From the human T2T-CHM13v2.0 reference genome, Homo sapiens, in the NCBI RefSeq assembly GCF_009914755.1, contig NC_060946.1: a DNA stretch of 64,000 bases; one strand, given 5' to 3'. A program made the translations under genes and the position numbers. The notes below the pieces were generated by a model. The model did no database searches, had not been told where the DNA came from, and saw only the letters and a program-made list of their open reading frames with translations. Of this stretch, positions 1 through 12,320 are shown piece after piece (position 1 is the stretch's first letter; each line of letters starts with the position of its first letter).

Positions 1-530
1 CTTTGTTCCTTTTCATGGCCAAAAAATAATCCATTGTATGGATAGACCATATTTTGTTTATTCATTTGTCAATTGGTGGGCATTTGGGTTGTTTCCACCT
101 TTTGGCTTTTTTGAATAGTGCTGCTGGGAACGTTCCTGTACAGGTATTTGTTTGAACATCTGCTTTCAGTTCTTTGAAGTATAGACAAGGAGTGGGATTG
201 CTGGGCCGTATATTAACTCTGTGTTTAACTTACTGAGGAACTGCCAAACTCTTCCTCAGCAGCGGCATCATTTGCCGTTCCCACCAGCAGTGTCCAAGGA
301 TTCCAGTATCTGCATCCTCACCATGTTTTTCTTTTCTTTTAAATAATAGCCATCCTAATGGCTGTGAAGTGTCATCTTCTTGTGGTTTTGATTTGCATTT
401 CCTTAGTGACTAACCGTGTTGAGCCTTCTCATGTGCTTGTTGGCTATTTGTATATCTTTGGGGAAATGTTCTATTTACGTCCTTTGCTCATTTTTATGTT
501 TGGGCAACTGGGTTGTCTTTCTGTTGTTGA
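1..530 (-). mobile_element. Old L1M (L1MB/MC-like) fragment, ORF2 3' end, antisense
   Basis: L1 hallmark strings in reverse orientation: ccattgtatggata, ggttgtttccaccttttggct, ggagtgggattgctggg, aactgccaaact, gttttgatttgcatttcc. Subfamily judged by eye. Confidence 0.8.
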
Positions 531-1339
531 TCAAGTTCATGTTTGTTTGTTCTTAATGGAAATTTTCAAATATGCACTAAAGTCATGAGAATGGTAAAAC
601 AACCCTCCTGTACATAGCCCTAGCGACAAGATATCAGCATAGGGCACTGTCCCCACGCCCACCTGGAGGATTCGGAAGCAAACACCAGCCACTTAATGTC
701 ACCACACACTTAGAGCTCACTCCTCCCATTGTGTCATAATCAGTTTGCTTGAATTAAGATCCAAATAGGGTTCTCACATTGTGTTTGGAAGTATGTCTCT
801 TTTAGGTCTCTTTCAGTTCATAAATCTTTTTTTCTTTCAGTTTCTTTTTGAAGGAACGGGATTGATTGTGCATCCTACAGAGTGACCCACAGTTCAGATT
901 CTGTTGGTTCCTTCCCCATCCTGTTGTCCGTGGTGTAAACTGGTAGGCAGAGCTGGAGGGTGGATCTGATTCCAGTTCATGTTTTTGGCAGAAACATCTC
1001 AGCTGTGGAGTTCTGTCCATTCGCAGCAGGACTGGCTGCCTCTTTCTGTGATGTCACTGCCTCTGATAACGAGGTCAGTCATTCTGGGTAATTCTGTCAC
1101 TCCTTCCTTCATTAGGCTTCCTCTTTACAGAGAAACCCCTTTGTCAGCTGTTCAGCTGCCTTGACTATGGTTTGGTCTGGAAAGTTCTATCAGGTGCTTG
1201 TTCCTCTCCCTTGATTTTCCAGCACTCAGGTTCACGAGTGGTTTCCAAGCCAGGCTGGGTGTGCCTTTGTAGATATCACCATAAACTCACCGATGTCACA
1301 TTTTAGATGTACCACCCCATTGTACTTAACACCTAACTT

Positions 1340-1518
1340 CAGTTTTTCAAATGGTGAGCCTTCCTGTTGGCTGTGGATTCAGATCACCTGGGTACCTTTA
1401 AAGAACATTATGCCCTGACTCGTTCACACCACGTGAATGAATGTCTCTGGGGTGGGGCAAGCGTAGGAAAACCCGAAAAATCTTTGCAGTGATTCTAGCG
1501 CACAGTGAGGATTGAGGG
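1340..1518. mobile_element. MER5A-like hAT-Charlie DNA transposon relic
   Basis: cagatcacctggg...gaatgtctctggggtggggc...gtgattctagcgcacag...ttgag resembles MER5A. Confidence 0.5.
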
Positions 1519-1576
1519 TCCGTATTAGATCAAGAGCAAAGACATGCAGGGCTTATCTCCAGAGGCTGCCAGCTCC

Positions 1577-1612
1577 ACCTCGGCCGCCTGCCCTACCTCG
1601 GCCGCCTGCCCT
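1577..1612 (+). repeat. Perfect 18-bp tandem duplication (acctcggccgcctgccct x2)
   Basis: Read directly: 1577-1594 equals 1595-1612. Confidence 0.9.
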
Positions 1613-1700
1613 GCCTCCTTCTTGCTCCCTCTTTACCATGTAAGTACCAACACCTGGGCTCCATGATGAGCCAGGCAAGACTCTCCCTGAAAATGTACTG

Positions 1701-1788
1701 CTTCCCCTTCCTTCCCCTTCCTTCCCCTTCCTTCCCCTTCCTTCCCCTTCCTTCCCCTTCCCTCCCCTTCCCTTCTCTCCCCTCCCCT
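1701..1788 (+). repeat. Polypyrimidine simple repeat (CTTCCCCTTC)n
   Basis: About six perfect 10-mers followed by a degenerate C/T tract. Confidence 0.95.
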
Positions 1789-3466
1789 GACCTGGAGCAG
1801 AGATTGGCCCTGCTTCAGGGAGGAGATAAGCACTGTAGTCCCCAGGGCAGCACCCTTAGATCAGCAGCTAGAGGGCCTGGCCAGGTTACCCCACAGGCAC
1901 CACCGGCCCCAGGCAGGTGCCCATTCATCACTCCCAGGGCATTCTGTGTTTAACAGCCACTACCCAGAGATATCAATCAACAGTCTCGATGGTTTTTTTA
2001 CTCTCTTTCAGACATTATATCTTCTCCCACCATACTACACAGAAAAGGAACCTCACTCACCTCACTCAGGCTCCCAAACTCTGCCACAGTATAGGGGGGC
2101 ATCGTGAGCCAGGGTTTTGTTAGTAACTCACTCTTACCTCATGAGGCTGGGCTGTGATCCCCAGCAGGTTTCATTCTGAGTGCACTGGGTTGCAGCTTAA
2201 CAGTGTGGTGTCCTTGTGAAGCTGGAGGACCAGTGAGGACCACCTCTGCCTGAAGGTGGACCTGGGGACAGCGCTCTGCACGGCTCAGACAGGCATGAGG
2301 AAGTGGATGCTTGCATGTGTCAGCAGAGAGATGAATCAGAGCCCTTGGCTTCTTGCCCTGTGTCCATAAAAGTGGCATTTCCTTAAATAGACCAGAACCT
2401 TAATAGCTATTTAAAGAGCATGTGGTATTTGGGAGTATATTTTATGGCCCTTAATTAAACTTCAAACAAATTAAAACATTTAGAGATCTTTTATGACATA
2501 TTTTTAATCTTTTTTGTGGAGATTTGTATAATCTCTTGGCTTTCACATCCCACCCTAAGGCCACAGACAGAAGGCAGGGTCACATCTACAGTTGGGGTTT
2601 CCATCCTTGGTCAAGAAGCAGTGAGTGGAAACCACCCAGCCAGTCCCTTGGAGGGGTGAGGCTGTCAGGAGTCTTTATGAGGGTAGAAAGGACAGCAAAT
2701 GGCACTGTGAAACAGGCCCTGTCTGTCCCCTGTCACATCTCTTAGTTGACATTTCCTGGATGAAGGATGTGTGCCCTTAGGAGAAAATGGGGCAGAGCTT
2801 CTCATTCGAGTCTGTGCAGAGGCCGTTTTGAAAGTTTCTTCTGGCACATGTCATCTCTCTTGTTTTGTCGACCCTAATCCAAACATGGAATTATCTCGTA
2901 GAGTAGAAAAGCTCTAAATTGACCTGAAAAAAACTAAGTGCAAAATCTGAATTCATCGGTAAGAAACTTGCATTATAATTAGTAAGTAATATGTTTTCTA
3001 TGTCTCTATTATTTTAAAAAAGTTAATTTTTTTCTTCTTAGATTGCCACCATTGCCTGTGAATAGTGAACAATAGAAATTCCTTCCGTTAATGTGCATTT
3101 TCCCCTCAAATAAGTGTGAGTTTTGGCTTTGAGAATAGCTTACTTTAAAGGGCTCTGCTGGCCTCCATCAGAAGCTGTCTCTGTAGGAATCAGGACATGA
3201 GTGCAGAGTGGAAGGCCCTTGGCCCTCCAGCCCCTCCGCTCTTCAGCAAAGTGTAAATGGCCTTCCCTCAGAGGGAAACCCCTGGAAGATAAGGACTTTC
3301 CTTATGCACTGAAAACGCCACTTTTACTAAATAGAAATGCTATTTCTAGGCAAGGTCTGTGAAATAAACTCGTAAGAAGGGATATCTGTGAAAGTTGTAA
3401 CACTATTATGGCTCATCTAATTTCATGCTTTTCTGGCTTCTGAAAATTTCATTTGCGAGGCATACG

Positions 3467-3560
3467 GCCAGAGTCCCAGCTACTTGAGCAGCTGAGGCAG
3501 GAGGAACCCTTCAGCCCAGGAGTTCAAGCCCAGCTTGGGCAACATAGTGAGAGACTCCCT
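3467..3560 (+). mobile_element. FLAM/Alu monomer fragment
   Basis: gtcccagctacttg...gctgaggcaggagga...gcccaggagttcaag...cagcttgggcaacatagtgaga. Confidence 0.75.
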
Positions 3561-5170
3561 CCCTTTTTTAAAAGCACACAAACCTGATTTGTGGTTGCTC
3601 TTCCCTTTATTCGCCATTGCTCCTGTTGCTTCATGGCAACTCATATGTTTCTAACTGCAGGAGATTGGAAGTCCTTGTGGCCTCTCCACATCACTGCTGC
3701 ATTGACCACTCTGTCCTGTTTTAAACACACTCTTCCTTTGCCTTCTGGTTTCTTTCCCCCAACCCCCAGCCCTTCCCTGTGTTCCATTAAAGGCTGTTCT
3801 CCTCAGCATGGCCATTACTTGTTGGAGTGCTGAGGGGCTGGATCCGAGGCCTCCTTCTTGCTTATGGCCCACTGTGACCATCCCTAGGGGATCCCATACA
3901 GGACTCCGATGATGCCGCACTTTCTGTCTCTCCGCACTGCTCTCCTGACTCACGTGTCAGCACCACCAAGCACCTTTGGGTATCTCCAAGGTATCTTGAA
4001 CTTAAGGTGACAAAAACACACCCCTCATCTGCTCAGTGCCCACCTTCCTCCAGGGAGCTCTGCCTCTGTGAAGGCCACCACCAGCGTCTGGTTCTGCCCA
4101 CAGAAGCCAAGGCCCATCCGGAGCACTGCATGCGCTCTCCCTCCTCATAGCCAGTCTGTTGCCAAGTCTAGTCTGCTTTAGCTGCCAAGTATCTCTGGAG
4201 CCCTACATCTCCCACCCACCACTCCAGCCCAACTTGATACGGACCTCTGCAGCCACTGACCAGCCGGCCTCTGACTGCCCTCCCCCTGCTCCTGGCTGTT
4301 CTGACCCCAGTCCAGCCACTCTTCCCTTTAAACCTCCTTGAGCCCTGGCCCATGTCAAGTCCGTGTGTCAGCCCTGTCCAGCAAGATGCCCGCCCACCCA
4401 TGAAACCCCAGGTGAGGACTCGCTGAGTGTGCAAATGAATCCTCAAAAAGAGCAGCCCATCCCCAGGCCCTCTGCCCTTTCCCACAGGCTGTCCCTAGAT
4501 GTGTGGCCATGGCCACGTCCACCTGTGGATTCCATGCTGGGGCCACAGATTTTAGGGTGTCACTGTGTCTCCTGCTCTCCAACATGGAGGTTCCCCATTA
4601 CTGTTAGTGGAAGAACACAACTCCAGGCCCTTCATTTTTCTGTTTGTATGCCAATCCTGATAAGATCTTTGCAGGCCTGCAGAAAACAAATCCACACACT
4701 GGTGGCCCCGGCCCTCCTGCTGGGGTGGAAAGCTCTGCCTTGTGGCATCCAAATGGCTTTGAAACAAGTTATTGTAGAGCATGCTTCCTACCGTTGTGTT
4801 TTGAGTGAGAACTTCCAGCAGCTGGGATTTCGAGCTAGTTTGTTATCTGAGTTCCTCATCCAAACCCCCTTAGAGAGAAGGGGAGAAGGAGGGAAGGAAG
4901 GAACCACACACCAGGGCACGTGGTATTGCTCCATGTGCAGCAACACATGGAGCAGTGGAGGCAGGTGGAGGTTTACAGGTCACATGAATATGATGAGGGT
5001 CAGCAGAATTGCGGCCACGTCCCCAGGAGCAGGGCTCCAGGTAGGAGCAGCCTAGGGACTTTCTCGGTGATTCTGTTGCGTGTTGGTGTCCTGGTTTGGA
5101 TTCATGCCATCTGCAACACAGCAGCCATCTCCTCTACAGTAAGCAAACTAAACCCTAAAAATACCTTACA

Positions 5171-5466
5171 GGCTGGGCACGGTAGCTCACACCTGTAATC
5201 CCAACATTTTGGGAGGCTGAGGTGGACAGATCACCTGAGGTCAGGAGTTCGAGACCAGCCTGACCAACATGGTGAAACCTCATCTCTACTAAAAACACAA
5301 AAATTAGCCGGGCATGGTGGCGGGTGCTTACAATCCCAGCTACTCAGGAGGCTGATGCAGAGAATTGCTTGAACCCAGGAGGCGGAGCTTGCAGTGATTC
5401 GAGATTGCGCCACAGCACTCCAGCCTGGGCAACAGAGCGAGACTCTGCCTCAAAAAAAAAAAAAAA
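5171..5466 (+). mobile_element. AluS, full length
   Basis: Dimeric Alu with A-tail; degenerate TSD aaaataccttaca / aaagtactttaca. Confidence 0.95.
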
Positions 5467-5941
5467 GTACTTTACATATGTAAAGCACATTACAGTTTCA
5501 GTAGGGGTCGAAGACTCGTCATCTTGTGTGGGCTGGGATTTCACTGAAGTCCAAGACAGCCAGGGTAGTGTGCCCAGGAAGTGTCAAACCTGGCTCAGAC
5601 CCCTGTCCGCAAGCTTCATACTGGTGGTGGTGAGTTGTTTTTATCCAAGACATAAAAGCTTTAGCTTTTTTCCTCAATTGCCAAGAACATCCAGGGTGAT
5701 TTTAGCCCTCCTGGGAAGGTAGGGATCATAAGTTCCAGGGGCCACCAATCCGCAGGCAGATTCACCTGTTGCCACCTTAGAAAGCAACAGAAAGTTTAGT
5801 TCCAGACCTCATGCAGATGGGGACAGAGCACCAGGCTGCTCCCAGGCTCTTCTGTGGGGTCCAGGCATGGAGCAGAGGCATGAGGGGCAGATGGCAAAAG
5901 GCAGGTCTGGGGGCCGCCTGCAGACACTTGATGAGGGCCCC

Positions 5942-6112
5942 AGGATCAGGGGAGGAGTGCTCAGCAGGCAGTAGGGAAGACAGGGCATGAACCCTTGCCC
6001 CAGGCATCCTGCGAGCAGTACCTCACTGTCATTCTCACAGTCATCCAGAGCAGTCTGGAAGGAGGCTGAGGCTCCAAGAGGCCAAGCACAGAGCTGGTCT
6101 GTGGGATCATTC
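5942..6112 (+). repeat. Inverted duplication, arm 1 (partner 7593-7780)
   Basis: Aligns by eye with the reverse complement of 7593-7780, e.g. gaacccttgccc, aggcatcctg, agcagtctggaaggagg, gggatcattc. Confidence 0.9.
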
Positions 6113-7592
6113 TCCTCTCCCTGTGCTCCCCTGGCAGCCTGGAGCCCACTGTGGTCTGGGTTTGGGGATAGCTGGCGGGTTGTGTGCATGGTGGCGGCTG
6201 GCAGGTAGGGGGTGGAGAAGGCCTCACTGGGTGCTGGTCACACCTGCAGAGCAAAGGTCTTGACTGAGTGAGGAAGGGAGAAGCCATTTCTCTGGTGATT
6301 CCATGCGATTTTGTGTCGTTTCATGTGTTTCCTCTCCAAGATACTGATCCCGTCATAATATTAACGGGCCGTGGTGGCCGTGTGGAGGGGAGCTCCCCGC
6401 CTTCCTGCCTGGTGTTCTTGCACCGTGCCTTCCGAGAACCCAGCTTCGTTGTTCTTATAATTTAGTCAATATGACTTCATTAGCAGTTAGAGTTTTCAGC
6501 CTGGAACATTTCAAACCATGCAACAGCCAGTGACGTTGGGAGCAGAGGGCTGCGGGCTTCTTCCTCACTTCCCTGGAGGAACCCCTTTTTCAGAGCCCGG
6601 CTCATTCTCCCAACATGATCTCTGTGGATGGGGGAGGAAGCAGAGCAGCCAGTGGGCGCTCAAGCTTCACTTGGGCTCCCTACTTTCTGCCTCCAGCTTA
6701 TCACATAGGGTGCCTTGGAGCCACGTGCAGCAGTCTGGCCTGGCTGCTCTCCAAACCTCCAAGGGTTAAGGGAGGTAGGGCCCCCAGCTAGCCTTCTTTT
6801 GGGCTTTACTTGTATTGATAGGAAATTTCGTTGTCAGGTACTCAAATGTGAACTTCCTCAGCCTGGAACTGAAGAAGCCATTGTTTTCTTCCCGGTTCAG
6901 GTCACTGTGGCATGCTTTGTAAAAGAAGTCTCTCTTCCCGGAGGTTCCAGGTGGGGCGGGGGTGCTGGAGCAGCAGCTTCTTCCCTGGCGGGGTGTTGGG
7001 TTTATCTTGAGGAAGCGGAGGGGGAAGGCTGGGGTTCCCACAGCCAGGCGGATGGGACACAGGAGCCTCTGCCTCGAGGCGCTGTGCAGTGGTGAGGCCA
7101 GGCACGTCCACGACCCTGCCAGAGCTGCCTGCGTTTCAGGGAGCAGAAGGGGCGGCTGCGGCAGGAAGTGAAGGTTTGTTTTCCTCCAGAAGTGAATGTG
7201 ACCTCTGAGGGCCAGGCGTTGCCATTGGCCTCACACAGAGCTCCACACGTTATTAAGAAGCTTCCTGGCCCCCTCTCCCTGCAAGGATGCCTCTTTCATC
7301 AAGCACTTAGTCCCTTAGACCTGGCTCTTTTTTTTAGTACCTTTAATAGACTTTTTCCTCTGCATTTTGGACAAGGGGACCTTGCATTTTCATTTTGTAG
7401 TGGGCCCTGCAAATTACGGAGCAAGTGAGTCCTGGCCCATTCTTCATTTGTCTTGCATACTTCATTCCTGCCTCTTCTCTGTACCCTAATCCTAGACTTA
7501 CTTCACTGTGGAAAGGTGCACAGGGCATTAGGAAATCTTACCTAGACAACTAAAGGAAAGCAGGCCCATCCTCCTATGATACACCTCACTTT

Positions 7593-7780
7593 GAATGATC
7601 CCAGAGACCAGCTGTGTGGCCTGGGTGAGTGTCTTGGCCTCTCGGAGCCTCACCCTCCTTCCAGACTGCTGCGGGTGGCTGTGAGAGTGAAAGTGAGTAC
7701 TGCTCACAGGATGCCTAGGGCAAGGGTTCCTGTCCTGTCCTGTCTTCTCTGCCACCTGCCTAGCACTCCTCCCTGGTCCT
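7593..7780 (-). repeat. Inverted duplication, arm 2 (partly MIR-derived)
   Basis: Reverse complement matches 5942-6112; agctgtgtggcctgggtgagt...ctctcggagcctca resembles the MIR core. Confidence 0.9.
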
Positions 7781-9118
7781 AGTTTCCTCCCTAAAGAGCT
7801 GCTTTCTGAGATTCCAATGAGATCAAAGAGATGAGATTGCATGCGTGTGCGTGTGTTCAGGGGTCTTCAGTCAGCAGTAACTGTCAAGCCCTGTTTGCCA
7901 CAAGGCACCTTCTTCATTAGGTCATCAGAACCCTTTATGGAGTGGTAACTGTTAAATCATGGCCAGAGCAGAGAGCCGCATGGAGGGCGGGCCAGGCCTC
8001 TTGGGAATGTAGCAGGTCTTACCCTCAGGACTGCATCTTCGTGGCCAGAAAGTGTGAGGACTACAGACTGAGGCAGAGAGGATTCTCACCTGGCCTAGGT
8101 ATTTGGGGAGGACTGACATCAGTGGATGCCTGGTGGCACACATTTAGGTAGCCAGGTCAGACTGTCGGCACACCAGCCACCAGAGGCTTGCTGCCACCTT
8201 CCCCTGCGACTCTTGGCAGGTTTGCGTTTCCTCGTTCCTTAATCTGGTCACTTTCCTCACAGCAGTTTATAACAATATCTCTGGGTCATATCAGAGAAGC
8301 TGGAAGCAGCAGATGTTCAGGTTAATGAGAGGAAATGGCCTGTGAAAGTAACTCTTGGGTCTGCTGTCCTTTGGAAGGCTCATGCTTTGCACAGACACTG
8401 GAACGTTCTGGGCACGTGCAGTCAGAAGCCAGACAATACATTCTGATGATGCAGGTGATGAGAAGTCAGCCTCGTGATCCTCCACGTGGTCTGCTGCTGT
8501 GTAAGGACACCTGCCTAGAGCTGTGAGGCTGGACTGACGGTCTCCCTCGCAGGGGCGGCCTGCCCAGCCTGCTTTACTTGGGTCCTTGCTGGTTGGACAC
8601 ATCCTTGCAGCTCTGAGCCTGGGTTCCCATGGCCCCCACCTGCCCTTGTCTCTGAGCCAGGTCCCTGACTTGGTGTTAGGTCCTAACAGTATATAAAGAG
8701 GGGTCAGGATTCGTAAAGTGCTTTGTAAACTTTGTAAGATTCTGTACAGATATAGTTAATAATATAATGATAATAATAGTGTTAACATCATTCTGTGAAT
8801 CACTCATTCCTGGGAGGAGTATAAAGTGCTCCCCAGGAGCTGGACGGTTTGCATTGAATAATAAAATTTGGGCTTTCTCAGTCCTAAAATAATAAAATTT
8901 TAGGAAGCTGGCTCTTGGTGCAGTTGAAGGTGGCGTGAAATAATGAAAGTGGGACATGGTGGTGGGGAGGTGTTCTTGTTCAGCTTGTGGTGTCTGCATA
9001 AAGTGTGAATTAGGAAAATTGAAATGTGTAGATTCATCTTCATAAGGACTGTTGCAAATAAGGGTAACGGCTACATACCAGCTGAATTGCAGAATATTTT
9101 ATATGATAAAATACTCTG

Positions 9119-9286
9119 GGCCAGGTAAGGTGGATCACACCTGTAATCCCAGCACTTTGGGAGGCTGAGGTGGGAGGATTGCTTCAGCCCAGGAGTTCAA
9201 GGCTGCAGTGAGCTATGATTGTGCCACTGCACTCCAGCCTGGAGACAAAGTGAGATCCTGTCTCTTTAAAAAGTAATAATAAAAAA
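9119..9286 (+). mobile_element. Alu monomer (FRAM-like)
   Basis: Single monomer ending ggctgcagtgagctatgattgtgccactgcactccagcct plus an A-rich tail. Confidence 0.85.
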
Positions 9287-9359
9287 TGAATTATATATTC
9301 CTTTTATAGTTACAAATACTTTAAAATATGGAATAAGGTGCCCCTTAAAAGAAAGTCAA

Positions 9360-9646
9360 GGCTGGGTACAGTGGCTCTTGCATGTAATTTCACTGCTTTG
9401 GAGGCTGAGGTGACATCGCTTGAGCTCAGGAGTTTCAGACCAGCCTGGGCGACATAGCGAAACCTCATCTCTACAAAAAAACAAACAAAATTAGCTGGAC
9501 GTGGTAGCACGTACCAGCCTGTAGTCCCAGCTACTCAGGAGGCTGAGGTAGGATTGCTTAACCCCAGGAGGCCGTCAAGGCCGCAGTGAGTCAACTCCAC
9601 TCCAGCTTGGGTGACAGAGAGACCCTGTCTCAAAAAATTTTAAAAA
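9360..9646 (+). mobile_element. AluJ
   Basis: Diverged dimeric Alu with J-type features (cgcttgagctcaggagttt, gtcaaggccgcagtgag). Confidence 0.9.
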
Positions 9647-9769
9647 GTTGAGGTGGTTCACCAAGAGGTGGCATGGAGAGCACATAGCCGGCCTTAATCG
9701 GCTCCTAATGCAAGATGGGGGCTGTCAGATGATGACACCTTCAAGTTACAGAGGTGTTTTGGTTTGTGG

Positions 9770-9937
9770 TTTGTGTGTTTTTTCGGAGATGGGGGGGATC
9801 TCACTGTGTTGGCAGGCTGGGGTGTAATGGCTGTTCACAGGCACAGTCATACCATGCTGCAGCCCTGAACTCCTGGGCTCAAGGGATCCTCCCGCCTCAG
9901 CCTCCTGAGTAGCTGGGACCACAGGCGCATGCCTGGC
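9770..9937 (-). mobile_element. FAM (fossil Alu monomer), antisense
   Basis: 7SL-like segment ggctgttcacaggcacagtcat...cagccctgaactcctgggctcaag. Confidence 0.75.
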
Positions 9938-10519
9938 AGCAAATTGCAGAGGTTTTTGATGGACTGCAAGTCTTAGCTTAGAGTCCCTGATCTGGGAGGT
10001 CAGGCTGAGTCATAACTTTTCTTAACAGAACAGCCCTGCCCCACTCCTGTGCCCCATGCTTCTTTCTCCCTGGCAGAGTTGAGGCTACAGCCTGCAGGGC
10101 TGAGGAGCCCTGTACTCATCCCACCTCCCCACACCAGACACTAAAAAGACCAATGCACAGAGGATCGAGGCATTTAATCAGACCACTAAATTGCCTCATC
10201 AAAGACATCTTTAAGCGAAACCTGTATTTTCAGATTACTTTTTTTTAACCACAAGTTTGTGGTGGGGTACACTATAGCAATCTCCAGTACATGTGGTGCG
10301 TGGCCTGGACCAATGCTCAGGGGGCCACGTTGTTGCTCTCCTTGGCTTCTCACCATCCATCAGAGCAGGTGTCATTACAGTGAAAAGGGCAGAAGGTATC
10401 TTCATGTGTGGGCGCACTTTGAGATACACCCTGACTTGGAGGATCTTTGACATGCTTCAACAACCAATGGAGAATGAGTTGCATTTTAATACATGGTGCT
10501 TTAAAGGTCATTGATTACC

Positions 10520-10842
<323 letters not shown>

Positions 10843-11152
10843 TCATTGATTACCACCCACATCCTCTGGTCTGTACTGTCACCCCAACAGGTCATGGTAG
10901 AGGCCAGCTTCAGCAGCCTAGGGTCCTCTCTTTGTATGCAACAGCTAGTAAGTCAGCAAGACGCCACGTGTTATACCAGGCCCAGGCGTGACCACGTAGG
11001 GGCAGCCATCTACAGCTGGTGGGTGGGACGGGTTGGGGAGTCATAGATACCAGGTAGCCCTTGGACACAGCCGCCCTGCCCTGGTTTTGGTTTTGTGTTT
11101 TGGAGGCCATGCAGCATCTGAGGCCTCCTGCGTCCTCCTTGGCATCTCCTAA

Positions 11153-11368
<216 letters not shown>

Positions 11369-12260
11369 TGAGAACCAAGGGCAGCACCTGCCTCAGCAGG
11401 TCACATGCCACAGCGCTGGCTTGCGATTGCCTCGTGCCATCTGGGTCTTCTGGGATCAGGTCATTCATGCTGAGCCCACCAGTCCCTGTCCCACCTTGTG
11501 TGGAGTATTTGGTTGGTTCAGAATTCCCCAAGTGATATCATTCCTAGTGGGAGCAGCCAGTCCTTCCTGAGTGACTACATTTAGGATGAAGAGCTTCACC
11601 AGGAGGGGCCCAAGAAGCTCCGTGAAGGCAGGAGTAGTCAGGCAGTGCTGACCAGGCCAGGCCAGCCTCCTGCCACCTTGAGGAGGGCTGTCACTCCATA
11701 GCCCATTCTGCACTGTGGGCCTTAGAACTGGCAAGAAACACCAACCCTGTGCACTCCAGGGCATGGTTTAATGTTTCATCCAGATAGTTCCTTGGGGACA
11801 GGGTCAGGGAAGAAGCCCTACCCAGAGGGCCACTGGAGAGGATCCAGGCCCGCAGCCCCCACCCCAGTCCCCTGCTTCCCCCATGTCAGCCCCCAGCCCT
11901 GCAGACAACCCTCGAAGATCCCTGTGGGGGAAGCTCATTTGATGAGTGTTCCTAACTAGCTTTTGGGGGTGCGTGTTCAGGTGCCACAGCATTGGTGCGG
12001 CAGAAGTAGGATTCTTCAGGAGTGAGGAAAGAACGGGTGTTGGTGGGTCACTGCAGCAGGTCAGGAGGGGAGGGTGGCCGGGCCTAGTGCAGGGTACTTG
12101 GTGCAGATGCAGAAGCTCAGGCTCCCAGCATAGGTTTGTTGTGGCACCAGGTAGAGGTGAGTGTCGTCCTTCAGATGCATCTGTCCCAGGCAGTTGTGGA
12201 GGCCACGTGACTTTCTCTGTGCCTTGTTCATGCACTGCAGTGACACAGTTTCTTTTACAG

Positions 12261-12320
12261 AGAAGGAACTTCATGCTGGCTTTCCAGGCAGCTGAAAGTG
12301 TCGGCATCAAATCCACACTG
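12261..12320 (+). CDS. SPECC1L: SPECC1L penultimate coding exon: RRNFMLAFQAAESVGIKSTL
   Basis: tttcttttacag| acceptor, CTG|gtgagc donor, 60 nt in frame; continues the CH domain. Confidence 0.97.

Noticed and set aside
4363-5055. 230-aa ORF in the SPECC1L intron
   Set aside because: Non-ATG start, no recognisable similarity, lies among degenerate L2-like sequence.
9770-9937. 7SL-like sequence as a functional SRP RNA gene
   Set aside because: Short, diverged monomer lacking the full S domain; consistent with a FAM fossil.
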